Below, piece by piece: positions 25,766 to 37,954 of a stretch of DNA of 64,000 nt. The DNA is taken from NCBI GenBank assembly GCA_973895155.1, contig OZ316894.1, forward strand, positions 25,963,240 through 26,027,239. The letters run 5' to 3'. Every line of letters starts with the position of its first letter. The first letter of the stretch is position 1. A program made the translations under genes and the position numbers. The notes below the pieces were generated by a model. That model did not search any database, was not told where the DNA came from, and worked only from the letters and a program-made list of their open reading frames with translations. The stretch comes from Marsupella aquatica. Its lineage: Eukaryota; Plantae; Marchantiophyta.

Positions 25766-28700
25766 TCAGTCTTCCAAAAACCATTTCCTGGCATCCGGGC
25801 AACCTGCACTCTTACGCTTATGGAATTGAGAATCATGTTCCACTACTTTGAAAAAGGAATTTGTTTGACTTCTGTCCTCCTTCAGCAATTCTTCCAACAG
25901 ACCATCCTCGCATGTACTTGCATTTACCTCCCAGGCGAGCATCCTTTCACCTCCTCTCTGATGTTGGACACTCCCAGGTGGAGGCAGTGAATCGTCATCA
26001 ATTTGCCCATCCATTTGTACATCAGTTTCTCTAGCTGTTGTGGTGAAGATCGACATCGACAACCAGTCCTTCTGAATAGCTTTCTTGTATTTCTTCTCCT
26101 CGATAGTCCCGACTGCAACGAGTCTGTAGACATGAACCTTCTTTGTCTGGCCAAGTCTGAAGGCTCGACTGATAGCCTGCTTGATGACCGCAGGATTCCA
26201 TAGGACATCCAAGAAAACCACTCTTGAGGCTCCTACGAGGTTTATTCCTTCCCCAGACGCTTTAGTGGAAGCAAGAAGAACCTGAGCCTGACTCTGAGGA
26301 TTATTAAAGCCAATGATGACATTATCGCGCTCTATCGTACCCATCGTGCCATCTAGTCTTAGAATATCCTTGTTCCTATCCCAATTGAAGGCTTTCTTGA
26401 ACATCTCTTCCAACATTTGTAAAGGGGCTAGGTGCTCGCTGAAGATGAGGATTTTCTCACTATTAGATTTTAGTGAGCTGAGCAGGTCAAACACGAACTT
26501 TGTTTTGACCCCATCGTGTGGATCACCGGGCGCTGTTACCATAGCTGGCAGATAATTGAATTGAGAAACAGCCTTCAGCAACTTGGGATCGTTTCTAACA
26601 AAGTCCAGTTTTGTCAGTAGCTGGGGGTGTATGCAGGTCTCTGATGTTGCAATCTCTCTTTTCAAGGTTGCTGATGCTGCAATCTCCCCTTTCAAGGTTG
26701 TTGGCGCTACACCCTTTCTTTTTGAGTATTTTGCCGGTCTCTGAAACCTCTTGTCCACAATTTCTAGCAAAGAGCACTGAAAAGTGGTGGGTTTCAGCAG
26801 AATACCGAAATCACGTAATCCAGGAAGGCTGGCCAGGACCTCTCCAGTGTGATGGTGAACGAAGTCCGCAATCAATCTCTGTAACCTCTGACGCGCATGG
26901 TGTCGCACCTCCGATCCTTTACATAGAAGCTCTTCCTTTATCTTCATTCCGATGGTTCTCACGAATAATTTCCGTGCCTTATTTTCTGCGGCTTCATTGA
27001 CTTGAACCCTTTTGAAATGACCATCTGCTAGTTTTCGTGGATATTTATTCGCCGACGCATCAGAAAATAAGTCGCAGCTGAGCCTGGATGTTTCTGCATT
27101 ACCAAAACCGGGTCTAGCCAAGGAGAGAATATTGAAGAGTTCGTCGAAGTTGTTCTGAAACAAAGTTCCTGAAAGAAGTATTCGCGCATGGGTTGTCACT
27201 TGCTGTAGTGCTTTACGTATGTTCGACTGTTTGTTCCTTGGAAAATGACACTCGTCAAGTACTAGAATCCTTGGAGATTCGAGAAGAGACTTCCGTATTG
27301 CCTCGATTTCTGGAGTACGCTTGGACCCCTTATCGTATATCAGAGCTGAAAACAGATTGTAGCTCACTAGACAAACACTTCTATGTATTCTCCACTTGCA
27401 CAACATCGTCCTCCTCTTCACATTGAGGCTTTCGCTGTTAAGTATGAAAACCTTGATGCCTGATTTCCATTTTGCAAACTCGTCCTTCCACCGCAGAAGC
27501 ATTATTGAGGGAACAACAATCAGTTGCTGGCTGCTGGGAAACGTGTCCATGTAGCTCTTTAAAAATGCGACAACCAGGAAGGTCTTTCCCGTCCCGGGAG
27601 CATGAGACAAGATGCAGCCAGCATTCTTATCCGCATATTTGGCTTTCAAATTTCCTTCGGCATCGTAACCGGCCAGATTTCTCCATAAAAACTCAAATCC
27701 TTCTTTCTGATGCGGATGCATCTGCTTGGCATAATGAGGTGGGAGGGACTTACTCAACATGGTTACCTCCTCTTCATGTTGAATCCGGCCCTGACCTGTT
27801 GCTCCTTGGTCTACTCCTGAAGGAAAACTCCTGTCAAAATCCCAATGTGCCAAATTGTCTTCCTGACGGCGGCGCTTGAGAGGTTCCACGTGAGGAACCA
27901 CATCTTCAACTGGTATCGAGACAAGCCCACAAATACCACAAACATATCCGACATCCTCTTTGAATACAAGTTTACAGTGTTCACATCTGATAATATGTTG
28001 AAGGTTGCCATCGGATTGATGCAATTCTGGTTGTGGTACTCCCTGAGTCGCGTCAACTGCAGTTGGTTCTTCATCAAACTCCTGCCACAGTTTTTGCACC
28101 AGGGGTTCCTTCTTCGAAAACGTATCGCAGTCTGAATCAGAAAATGAGTCCTCCACAATGCGATTCCCAAAGATTTCAAAAAAAGGTCCCTTTTCATCCG
28201 TCGGATGCGGCATTTCACTACCATTGTCATTGTTAGAATGGGCAAAATTTTCCCTTTCTCCGTCTGTCGTTGCAAAGCCTGAGTTTCTTTCATCTTCCTT
28301 AAGTTCCTCACGTTTTGGGCCTGGTTTTGAAATCGGCTCCACGGGGCCCCATTTCTGCAGCCCTTCAAGTCTCGACCGCTTACCTGTCACAATCCTCTCT
28401 GGAAGCTTTCTTCGGTTACTTGCACTTGCACCTGAATGCTGGCCGTTCACCGTCTTTTGCCTTCCGCCCGAATTTGCTCGACCTTCCTCGAAGAAGTCAG
28501 GTAGGAAGTCACCCGATGGACTGGGCAAGGCACTGTCTTCCGGTCGCCTTGACGTTCTGGGAATTGTCAACTCAGTCTCCTTCAAGGAATATGCATCACT
28601 CGACCATCGGCCCTGCTCTGTGCCCCACTTCCCTGACATGTGCGCTTCGAGTACTTCGTTCAGAGGGATAATCCCAGACTGCTGCAATATACTTAATTTT

Positions 28701-29299
28701 GAAATATCTACCTCCTTGGATGGGACATCTTCCAAAAGCACCCTTTCCTCCCCGTGCTTCAAAGAACAATTGCGCTCACTGATGGAGTAAAACTTTACGA
28801 AAAACTTGCAATGACAGTCTGCTAGCTGATGATTGGATTTAGAAATAGACACAATCTTTGCATCGTAAGCTGCCATGGTTGGTTGGGGTCGAAGCACTGC
28901 CGGATGCCCACCACGTACAGAGACATCAATTCCCGTTCTGAGAATACAACACTCCCAGTCGTCACATCTGCGGTCGTGGAATCGCAGGCAATCGAGGGGG
29001 ACCCAAGACTTTTTCTCGTCCTGAAGTTCAATGAAGCGACGGAGTACCATCTCCGACCGCCGCTCCGAAATTTGCACCTCCCACCATGCACCCTTCAGAA
29101 AACCTTGGAAACAAGGTGGCGAGAGCTTCTCCTCCTCCGAGTCAAGACCTGTTGCAACACCACGGTCTACTCCGGCTGTTCCGCCAGAACAGCCACTGCC
29201 TCCTCCTCCCCGTTCTAGAGGGGCCATAGCTCCCGGTAGCTCCACTAAAGCTTTTGCTATCAGAGCGATCTCCTCAAAAGTGGAGCGAGGATTCTGCAT
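25766..29299 (-). CDS. CLASSY1/2-like SNF2 chromatin remodeler (RdDM), 1177 aa, single ORF
   Basis: N-terminal SAWADEE-like region (CCILRTGIDVSV..YDAKIVSI..H..CHCKF). SNF2 motifs HPHQKEGFEFLW, HAPGTGKT, LDECH.PRN, LSGTLFQN, EGINLVGASRVV, WNP..QAISRAFRLGQ. Confidence 0.9.
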   Translation of the reverse strand: MQNPRSTFEEIALIAKALVELPGAMAPLERGGGGSGCSGGTAGVDRGVATGLDSEEEKLSPPCFQGFLKGAWWEVQISERRSEMVLRRFIELQDEKKSWVPLDCLRFHDRRCDDWECCILRTGIDVSVRGGHPAVLRPQPTMAAYDAKIVSISKSNHQLADCHCKFFVKFYSISERNCSLKHGEERVLLEDVPSKEVDISKLSILQQSGIIPLNEVLEAHMSGKWGTEQGRWSSDAYSLKETELTIPRTSRRPEDSALPSPSGDFLPDFFEEGRANSGGRQKTVNGQHSGASASNRRKLPERIVTGKRSRLEGLQKWGPVEPISKPGPKREELKEDERNSGFATTDGERENFAHSNNDNGSEMPHPTDEKGPFFEIFGNRIVEDSFSDSDCDTFSKKEPLVQKLWQEFDEEPTAVDATQGVPQPELHQSDGNLQHIIRCEHCKLVFKEDVGYVCGICGLVSIPVEDVVPHVEPLKRRRQEDNLAHWDFDRSFPSGVDQGATGQGRIQHEEEVTMLSKSLPPHYAKQMHPHQKEGFEFLWRNLAGYDAEGNLKAKYADKNAGCILSHAPGTGKTFLVVAFLKSYMDTFPSSQQLIVVPSIMLLRWKDEFAKWKSGIKVFILNSESLNVKRRTMLCKWRIHRSVCLVSYNLFSALIYDKGSKRTPEIEAIRKSLLESPRILVLDECHFPRNKQSNIRKALQQVTTHARILLSGTLFQNNFDELFNILSLARPGFGNAETSRLSCDLFSDASANKYPRKLADGHFKRVQVNEAAENKARKLFVRTIGMKIKEELLCKGSEVRHHARQRLQRLIADFVHHHTGEVLASLPGLRDFGILLKPTTFQCSLLEIVDKRFQRPAKYSKRKGVAPTTLKGEIAASATLKREIATSETCIHPQLLTKLDFVRNDPKLLKAVSQFNYLPAMVTAPGDPHDGVKTKFVFDLLSSLKSNSEKILIFSEHLAPLQMLEEMFKKAFNWDRNKDILRLDGTMGTIERDNVIIGFNNPQSQAQVLLASTKASGEGINLVGASRVVFLDVLWNPAVIKQAISRAFRLGQTKKVHVYRLVAVGTIEEKKYKKAIQKDWLSMSIFTTTARETDVQMDGQIDDDSLPPPGSVQHQRGGERMLAWEVNASTCEDGLLEELLKEDRSQTNSFFKVVEHDSQFHKRKSAGCPDARKWFLED

Positions 29300-30534
29300 G
29301 GCAAACTAGCTAAGATGTTCAATGAAGTGCAAGTTCGAACGTAACTACGTTCTCCTTCTGTCGACCGCTGCTCTCACCAAAACTAAATCTAGTTTCCAAT
29401 TATCTATCTTCAAACACTACAGTACTCAGTCTGATTTAGCTGCAGGATGGTGGCAACTGGAGCAGCCGTTACTCCTACAATTATTGTAGACCACCTCGCT
29501 CACCCATACTGTACAGAAAACGGACGAGAGAGGGGTGAGCTTAAGCTTAATTAGTGACGTGGAGCTCAGAACGAACTGAGCTGAGCCAATCTACTATAAG
29601 CTATCCCAAGCAAGACTCACCAACAAGTCTGTGTGCATTGACAACAAAACCAAAGACTCACCAATAAAACCAATTGATAAAGTGGCTCTCTCCATCAATC
29701 CGATCCTGTTCCTCCACGAAGATTACAGTGCGCATGTAGACTCACCGCCATCACTTCTCACCTACAGGACAGACGAAAACACCGCGCTGATTCCACAACA
29801 AACATTAGAGTCAATTTCTGTTTTCTCCAACTTGCGGCGCCTCCATTTTAACCGCCAAAAAATAAGCATTGATATGAATACAACCTAGTGTCAGGATAAT
29901 TTTGGATTTGGTCACCGGATACCTTGATCCTGCTCGTTTTTCTTCCTAAGACTATTTCATGGAATGAACAGCCAGGGTTCAAAATCAAGAACCAGAAGCT
30001 TCAGACGGTAGAAATCTCATTAATTTCGACATATAATGCTCGTTGTGGGAGATGACAGCTTACTAAAGTTTGTCGTCGATACAGTGGCGCTGTTGAAGGA
30101 TGAATATCTCCATCGACGGAACAGAATGGTGGACAAATGAGCAGATCTCTTCAACATATCTAGAAACTCGCCAATGTTGAATGGAACGTCTCCCGTGGGT
30201 AGAGCAACAATGTAGCTAGACGAGAATAACTTGTATCGTCACACAAGCATGGAGGAGCAGTGTATCTAATCTAAGTAAAATATTTAACGAAATGAAATTT
30301 GTTGCTCGACTCTTTCATTCTAAGCTGAAAAGGCAGTCTAGAACGGAATGACTCTCGTCGACGGAGGAGCATTGTAGAATAGAATGTCGTACAAGGAATG
30401 GAAGGAGTCGCAAAGGACACGGACTCCATCTGATTTTACGTCCTGGGTCCCTCAAACTCCGCATTTGTGTGTTCTCTAATTGCGACGTCTTCGTCCATAT
30501 TTTAAACAAGATTTATGAAGCGGGACGTAGATGG

Positions 30535-30759
30535 CTAGATGTACTTGAGCAATCGAGTATCACTGCCCGTAATCACTGTGTGCACTCATTTGGCTGGATG
30601 TACTTGAGCAATCGAGTATCACTGCCTGTAATCAGGGTATGCACTCATTGATTTAAAGTAAATAGCCCGTAATCAGGGTATGCACTCATTGATTTAAAGA
30701 AAATAACGAGGTTATTATCATGATATGGAGGAATGTCGTACAATTGTACACCATATATG
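30535..30759. repeat. Short tandem repeat array split by the hAT insertion (continues at 61560-61690)
   Basis: cgtaatcagggtatgcactcattgatttaaag occurs on both sides of the hAT. An uninterrupted unit, tacaattgtacaccgtatatgtcaaatctagta, lies at ~61652. Confidence 0.8.
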
Positions 30760-30864
30760 CAGGGTTTAATCTGACGGGCACCTTGACGCCTTGTCGGGCA
30801 CGTCAAATCGTCAAATGACGGCCTGAAAACACGCAATTTGACGTATATTCCTGAAGATTCTCCC

Positions 30865-31510
30865 GAACGAACCCCGACTTCCCCGGACCTTTCGCGAACA
30901 CCTCCCGAGCACCCCGGACCTGAACCCGAACTCCCCCTGACCCGAACCCGGACTCCCGGGCCCTTCCCGGACCCTCCCCGGACCCTCCCGGGCCTTTCCC
31001 GGAACCTCGCCGGACCCTCCCCCGAACACTCCCCGGACTCTCGGGCCTTTCCCGGACCCTCCCCGGACCCCCACCCGAACCCTCCCCGGACCCCCACCCG
31101 AACCCTGCCCGGACCCTTCCGGGGCCGGCCGGGGTAAAGGTGGCCCGGGGGACAGGATTCGGGGAACCGGGGACGGGGGGCATTCGGGGAAGAGGATTCG
31201 GGGAACCGGGGAAGGGGGGGCGGGAAAGGGGGGCCGGGATTCGGGGATTTGGGGAACGGGATTCGGGGATTTGGGGAACGGGGTTCGGGGAACGGGGTTC
31301 GGGGAACGAGGTAGGGGGTTCGGGGAAGGGGGTTCGGGTAGGGGGTTCGGGGATGCGGGGAACGGGGTTCGGGGAACGGGGTGCGGGGTTCGGGGAACGG
31401 GGTGCGGGGTTCGGGGACGGGGCTCGGGAATTGGTGGCCGGGGAAGAGTTAGAGGCGGGATTAGGGTTAGGGGCGCGAGATTAGGGTTAAGGGAGGCGCA
31501 ATTAGGGTTA
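30865..31510. repeat. Left subterminal array: C-rich cccggac/cccgaac arm, G-rich ggggttcggggaac arm, then ttagggtt motifs
   Basis: Directly visible short repeats. Confidence 0.9.
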
Positions 31511-31663
31511 GGATCAAAGATTAAGAGTTTTAAGAGAGGATAAGAAGTAGATGATTTAGTATAAGTAGGAATAACTAATTCATTTCACTAATCCAAAGTC
31601 TCATTGTGTTTCTCTCTCTTGTGGTTTAGCATTAGGGAGAGATCGGAGGGATACATTGGAACT

Positions 31664-31995
31664 CTTGTACGCGCATGCTTTGAGCTCGGCTCGGTCTGCG
31701 ATAATTCGTACGAGAAGTTCCTTATATCGCCTTAACAACTTTGCATCATTGTTTTGTTTGAAAGTGAACTACTTGCGAGTAAAGAGATACCCATGTGCAT
31801 ATGCTTAGAGCTTTGGCTCGGTCTATGACATTTCATATGGGTATCACGATTTCTCGTACATATGTTCACTTCAAAGATAAACTATTGTGAAGTTATAGAT
31901 ATTACATAACATAGGTTGAAGTAGGGATGTTGACAAATATAAGAATTTGGGAAACTTTCCTGCGCATGCTTTGAGCTTAGGCCCAGTCTGCAATA
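31664..31995 (+). promoter_or_regulatory. Three-motif block upstream of the hAT transposase; inverted copy at 60353-60681
   Basis: Three copies of gcgcatgctttgagc...cggtctgcgata-like sequence. The regulatory role is inferred. Confidence 0.55.
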
Positions 31996-32088
31996 ATTCA
32001 GGAAAGTAACCCATTGTACTATATTTGTTATATTCACAAAATCAAAAGAATCAACCCTTTTATTTTTTTACCATTGAGAGTCGTAACA

Positions 32089-32789
32089 ATGTCTGATGAA
32101 GAGGATTCGCATGAAACTGGATATCATTCCACTACTCCCAGGCCTGGTCCAACTCGTGTGCAAGAACACCCTTCAAAACAATCTCCAGTGTGGAGATATT
32201 TTGAACGATGTGATGCGCCTTCAACATGTCATGATGTCAATCGTATCTATCGAAGATGCAAGTATTGTTTAACATACGTTACTCATCATGCAACACGAGC
32301 AAAGGCGCATTTGATGGGAAACATCCAAAAAGGGGATGCGCCCCCTTGCATGCAACTCTATGGTGTCGTCGATTTGGATGCCATCAACATTATGTACAAT
32401 GTGATAAAGGTTCCACCGACCTTAAAGTACAAACGACGAGATGGAAGTCATATCTTGCGGGATGTGAGAGGTCGTAGGCCAAGCGTTGGAAGTTCATATT
32501 CGCAAGCATCCACACGAGGGTCAAACTATGTTGACATGGATGATACACATGTAAGGGAAGGAGATAGGCCAGTAAATCTTCCTAACCCAATTATGGATGC
32601 CTATCAAATTCCAAATAGAACAAATTTGGATAAGCTTTGGGCGAAAGCTTTCTACACCAGTGGTATTCCATTCAATGTTTCAAATAATCCTTTTTTTCGA
32701 GAAGCAGTCATAGAGACTTCAAAAGGGATTATCAATGGTTATTCTCTACCTACGATGCGAAGTTTGCGATTGAAATTATTGGAAGACAG
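32089..32789 (+). pseudogene. hAT transposase, N-terminal part with BED zinc finger
   Basis: VWRYF..CKYC..HATRAKAHL..C and FYTSGIPFN; joins 42327 in frame (LLEDS|KEDL). Confidence 0.9.
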
Positions 32790-33241
32790 CTCGGGGGCCT
32801 CAGTATATAGAGACCCCCATATCACGCTCGACGTTTTGGACCCTTGCACCCCTAACTTATTAAGTAAAATTTTTATTTCCCCTTCCCTATCATACTTAGA
32901 AGAATTCCAAATCCTAACATTTTGACCCCTAAAAATAGTTAAGTAAAGTTTTGTTGTGAATTAAACACCCCTTAGTAAGAAAAGAAAAGTTCATTCAAAT
33001 GCGCACCTTATCTGGGTCTTTGTCAAGCTTATTTGAACCCTAATGTGCTCCTTAGGCATCCATATCTCAAGGAAAATTGATAGTATATAGTGTTGATGCT
33101 TCCACTAAGAATACCAATTCTAGTAGAAGCTTCAGCAATATACAGTATGAGTTATTCATATTGCAATCTGTTGTGCTTGTCTGATGTGAAAGGTAGGTAT
33201 ACCAAAAAGGAATTGAGTCAAGAATCTGAATGGTGAGTGTC

Positions 33242-33302
33242 CGTGGCAGAGGGGAATTGAACCCCTGATTGAGCAAGAAGCTCAAGTATCCAAATCTGCC
33301 AC
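33242..33302 (-). ncRNA. tRNA-like (mascRNA-like) structure in the transposase 3' region, copy A
   Basis: GTGGCAG-ATTTGGATAC-TTGAGC-TTCTT-GCTCAA-TC-AGGGG-TTCAATT-CCCCT-CTGCCAC-G: 7-bp acceptor stem, 6-bp stem, and 5-bp T arm with a 7-nt loop. Confidence 0.75.
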
Positions 33303-33374
33303 CCCCTAGCCTATCCCCCTAACCTATCCCCTATACATACTAAAACCACTACCATGACTATTGATGCATGAAAA

Positions 33375-36300
33375 TCATTCAACTCTAGACATGGTCTCCA
33401 AATAAGTATCCAAAGCTTGTTTATCAACTCGATCTATCACATACACTAAACCAATCCCTTGTTTCATGGTTAAAGTAACATTAGTCATCACCATTTCTAT
33501 ATCAATCCATTGTAAATCAGTTGTATCATAAGTGAATTCAACTTTGCTTGAGCTTGTTGGCTTATACCAATTGAACAAGAACTGACAAATACTCCCTACG
33601 TGTCCATGAGGAGGTGTTGGTCTATCAAGCAAATCAATAGCAGATCTCACTCTAGTCCATTGTCCTTTAACTTTTTGTCTCATCATCATAATCCGACCAA
33701 GCCAAAATTCTTTCTTTGCTTGCACTACTGGCTCTTGAATCCTAGATTTACCTCTTCCCTTACCTTTCCCCTTTTTTGATCTTGTAGAAGGGCCTGCATC
33801 ATTAGCACTTTCAAATGCTACTCCACAATCACTCCCAACATCAACAAAACAAGTCACAGTATTCGGATCACATTGTTTCCTCTTACCAAGATTATAGTAT
33901 GCCACTTGCTTCACCCTTGTCAGCCTATCTTTAGACAAATGAGGGTTGCCCACTAGTTGACTCACCAAAGTTGATTTGTAAATTGTTCTGCCCTCATATG
34001 TAACTGTAGGCAAAACCTTCTTCTTTTCCTGTAGAGGGCTCTGAAAAGACTGTGTAAACTCAGCTACAACAGAAGACAACACATGACGAACCTCATGCCC
34101 CAAAGTATCTACCTCCACAGAATGAGGTTCTGGTATGTCTAACTCAACCCCATCCTGCAAAACATCATCAGGAATGGTTAGCTCATCTGTCAACCATGCA
34201 TCAATTCGATTTAGATCTTCCTCAGGGTCTTCAAATTCATGAAAATCTCCTTCTGGACGAGGTCCAATTGGAGATATGTGCTCTACATGCTCTTCAGAAT
34301 CGTCAACAATAACTGCCTCTGCTATTATAGCTGAATCTGGCCATGTCTGAACTTCCACATCCCAAGGGTGAGTCCACCATCGCTTTCTTGCTGCTGGCAG
34401 ATCACTTCTGGGAGACATTTGTAACCTTCTAAGAAACTCTCTTGCTTCTTCAAAACCTTCTTTCAAGGCTGCAACCACCATCTCATTAGTTTGCACTTTA
34501 GAGTAATCAAAAAGATTAGGTGCATCTTCACCTTCAAGTAAAGGATGAAGCTTGGCCCATACATGATCTTGCTTTTTATGTGATCGAGCTACTTTCAAGC
34601 CCTCTGGTCCACATTCTAATCCAGCAAGACGATTTAACCCAACAGCACTGTCCAACAAGGAGCCAAAATCATAATTCCTCTCATGGCCACTCATTCCACC
34701 TACTTTGCTGAAAAATATCTCACAACAATCAGAACCTAACTCATGAAATGGAATACACAAGTGAGAAAACTTATCACGAAATGCACATATAAGCAATACA
34801 ATAAATTGACATGACATGTTAACATCATGAAAAGCCTGGATTGAAATCATATTTCTCTCTGTATGTGAAGCAACATTTCCACCTACAGCATGATCACCAT
34901 ACCTCAACCACAACCTCCACAATCGAAAGAACCAAGAAACTTTGCCTGCCAGCTTCACTCTAGTCCTCAGGTCATGTCTCTGGGAGTAGAAAATGTCAAT
35001 ATAGTCTGCACAAATCTGCAGATACAACTCTGTCCCCAAACTTCGTTCATGCAACAGATCAATTCTTCCATGCAGATCTGCTAAACAGTCACGCACCTTT
35101 TCTGATGCTATCCTTTGGGGACCAGCCCAGTTTTGACGGTCGGATCTGTTCACATCATCCCAATTCAATCCATGTTGATAGATTGGATAGTTATTGTACA
35201 CATTACAAACATGAAATAGGGAAGCATGTTGGTCTCCAAGTGCCATTATTGAGGACACTCGATCTAGTGGGTTAATCAACTTTTTTCCATTGTGAGGCTG
35301 GTCTTGATCACCAAAACCATACAGGTCCCCATTAGGCAATATGGCAACTGAGTAAGGCCATCCTTCCCACCCTACAGAAAACCTAGGGTAAGACCCATTA
35401 GCTCCTCTGTAATCTTCTAACATCAATTTCCTGCGCCTTGCATCACCATCACTAGCATGCCCAAGCAAAGGACCTACAGAGTCTCTGCAATGTAGATCCC
35501 AAGATTCTTTCAATTGCTTCCAGTGCTCTCTAACCCATTCTGCCTTGAACTTGTTACATGTTGATATAGCACAGAGGGCCAACTTTGGCATTCCAACATG
35601 CAATGGATTCACAATGACAACTCTAGCATACATTCCCTTGTTAAAATCCTCAAATGTATTTACAATCTTGTTATAGCCATCCTCACCATCACCTACAAGA
35701 ATTTCTAATCCAAATTCACAGGTATGCCCATCCTTATGGCCACAAAAACCAATCAGAGTGTCATATTTGGCCTCCCACCTGCAGAGAGCCAATTTCAAAT
35801 GAAAACCAAGTCAATTTCAAAGAATTGGTAAAACTATGCATCACAAATAATCTTCACCTGCAATTGCATCATTATGTGCTATAATATGCAAACATACCTT
35901 GGGCTTTCCTTGATCCTAGTTTCATCCTCTGCAAGCATGACAGGTACATGTCCTTCAATTCCCAACATCTCCTTTGCAGCAGACAGAATTCGAGCCACCT
36001 CCTTGAATGTTTTTGGCCTAATTCCAGCACGAAATTGAACAAATTTTGCTCTATCTCGTTTTAGTGTCTTCAGGCTTGGCCCAGCTAAGTTCCTTGCAAA
36101 AACATGGGCCACCTGCCGGCCCCCATATTGAAACATAGCCTGAGCTATGGCTTTTGTTTTCTGACTATAACGAAACCCCCTTGCACTTCTCTCCAAATTT
36201 CTACCTACATCTTTCAGAAAATCCCACAGACCTTCTTTTCCACCAAATGCACCATTCCTATGACCATTGACTATACTCCTTAGGAAAAGTCTCAAATCTT

Positions 36301-37954
36301 TTCTGTCTGCAGCTACTCCTAACAGTTCTTGCAATTTTCTCTTCCTAGTACTAAGGGCACACACTTTCTGAGTTTGTAATGCCAACAACCATCTCTCTTT
36401 TCTTCTCTTGACATTGAGACCATGCATCTGTGTGGTCAACTCTGGACGTGTCAAGTAGCGTGCATTCAAACCACCCTCTGTGCTTCTTTCCCCTCTCTTT
36501 GCTAAAGCCTCCGCTTCCCTGTGCACCCGCCCACGAAAGTCATCTTCTAGTGTTATAGCATGACATCTACTGCAAGTTAAGTTCAGAAACCCCCCACCAT
36601 ACAAGGACAGCCTACAACACTGTTTATGCCTAAATAGTCCTTCTATATGTACAATAGAATTTGTATTAGGATTGTAGACATCAACAGAGACTGTGGCATT
36701 TACATCCCATACATGTCCTCCATGCTGATCCTGTAAGATACCCTTCACAGCATACTTCACATTCTTCCACTCTACATATTCATCCCATATTCCCCAACAG
36801 AGCAAACTTAGGCCCATATCAATGTCTACAGACCCACCTGTGCCAGAGCTGCTGCTTGCATTGGAAGCATCCTCCTTGAAGAATTTTAAAATTGAATTCT
36901 GTGAAGGATGTTGATCCCTCTCATCTGGCTTCCTTGGTCTGCCCCTCTTTCCAGATCTCAATGCAAGTTCAGCAGTATTCTCTCTGGCTTCAACTACATC
37001 CAGGTGACCTCGACTGACCAAGTGTGTCCTCAGGTTGTGATCCAAAGTCCCCTTCTTACAAACCAGATCCATGATTGCCCCACAAACCTTACACCTGACC
37101 TTATACAGGAACCACTTGTTTGCATTATTGGCTAAACCAGGCACAGGGGGCACATGAAATAGCTCATCATCACCTCCACACTCAGCATTCAAATTCTGTA
37201 CTATCTCTAGGCCAGTTGCTATGGCCCCCTCATAATCAAACTCAGGCTTTTGTGCAAGATCTGAGGGCTTCACTCCAATCATAGCAATTCCCCTTCTCCT
37301 ACAGTAATTGTCTTTGTGTTTAGCAAAGGCAAGGTGCTTGGTCTTAAAATTGCTAAACAGATTAGCAATTGACTTCTTATCTTGGGAATTGTCTGCCCTC
37401 CCATAGATAACTCTGCACTCAAGACACTCTAAATGGCCTCTCACATCCTGTCCTTCATCCCATGTACGAATTCTCCAATTATGATTTTTATAACCATTCT
37501 TTTGAACCCACTTCTCTAGTCTTATAAATTCATCATTCCAAACTTTGACAGCTGCCTTAGACATAAGAATAGACTCAAAAGAAGCTCTCACAGGGGGAGC
37601 TTCTTGCAGTTGTTCACCTTGGGAAGAGTCCACTGCAACTGATTGGGTGACAGCAACAGAAACCGATGGGAACTCTGTCCCAACAGTCGGCAAGGATCCA
37701 ATTTGTTCAATGACAGCAACTTTCCCATCCAATTCAGACAGCTCAGTCATTTTCTCACTCTTGACCTTCATTCGACCAGGAAGCCTATAATCCCAGAAAT
37801 CAAAATCAAAATCAACCAAATCAGGAATTCGATTTCGAAAATCAGCTAAAGTTTGACCTTCTTTGAACGCCAACACAGCTATTGGTTCTTCATCTTTCCC
37901 ATCAGTCACCACATCCCTTTTTTTGTGCAATAGTTTTACAAACTGGGTAGCCAT
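33375..37954 (-). CDS. P-element-like DDE transposase, 2 exons (37954-35898, 35778-33375), ~1486 aa
   Basis: 119-bp GT-AG intron joins ESPR|WEAKYD. Motifs AEDET, ASDGD, DQPH..K, SDCCEIFFS; two C2H2-like fingers and an AT-hook (KRGRPRK). Confidence 0.85.

Noticed and set aside
25924-29309. Overlapping and antisense ORFs within the CLASSY-like gene (likewise within the kinase and transposases)
   Set aside because: Shadow frames of real coding sequence.
30645-31543. Gly/Pro/Arg-rich ORFs (also 60609-61540)
   Set aside because: Translations of GC-rich subterminal repeats, open in several frames on both strands.
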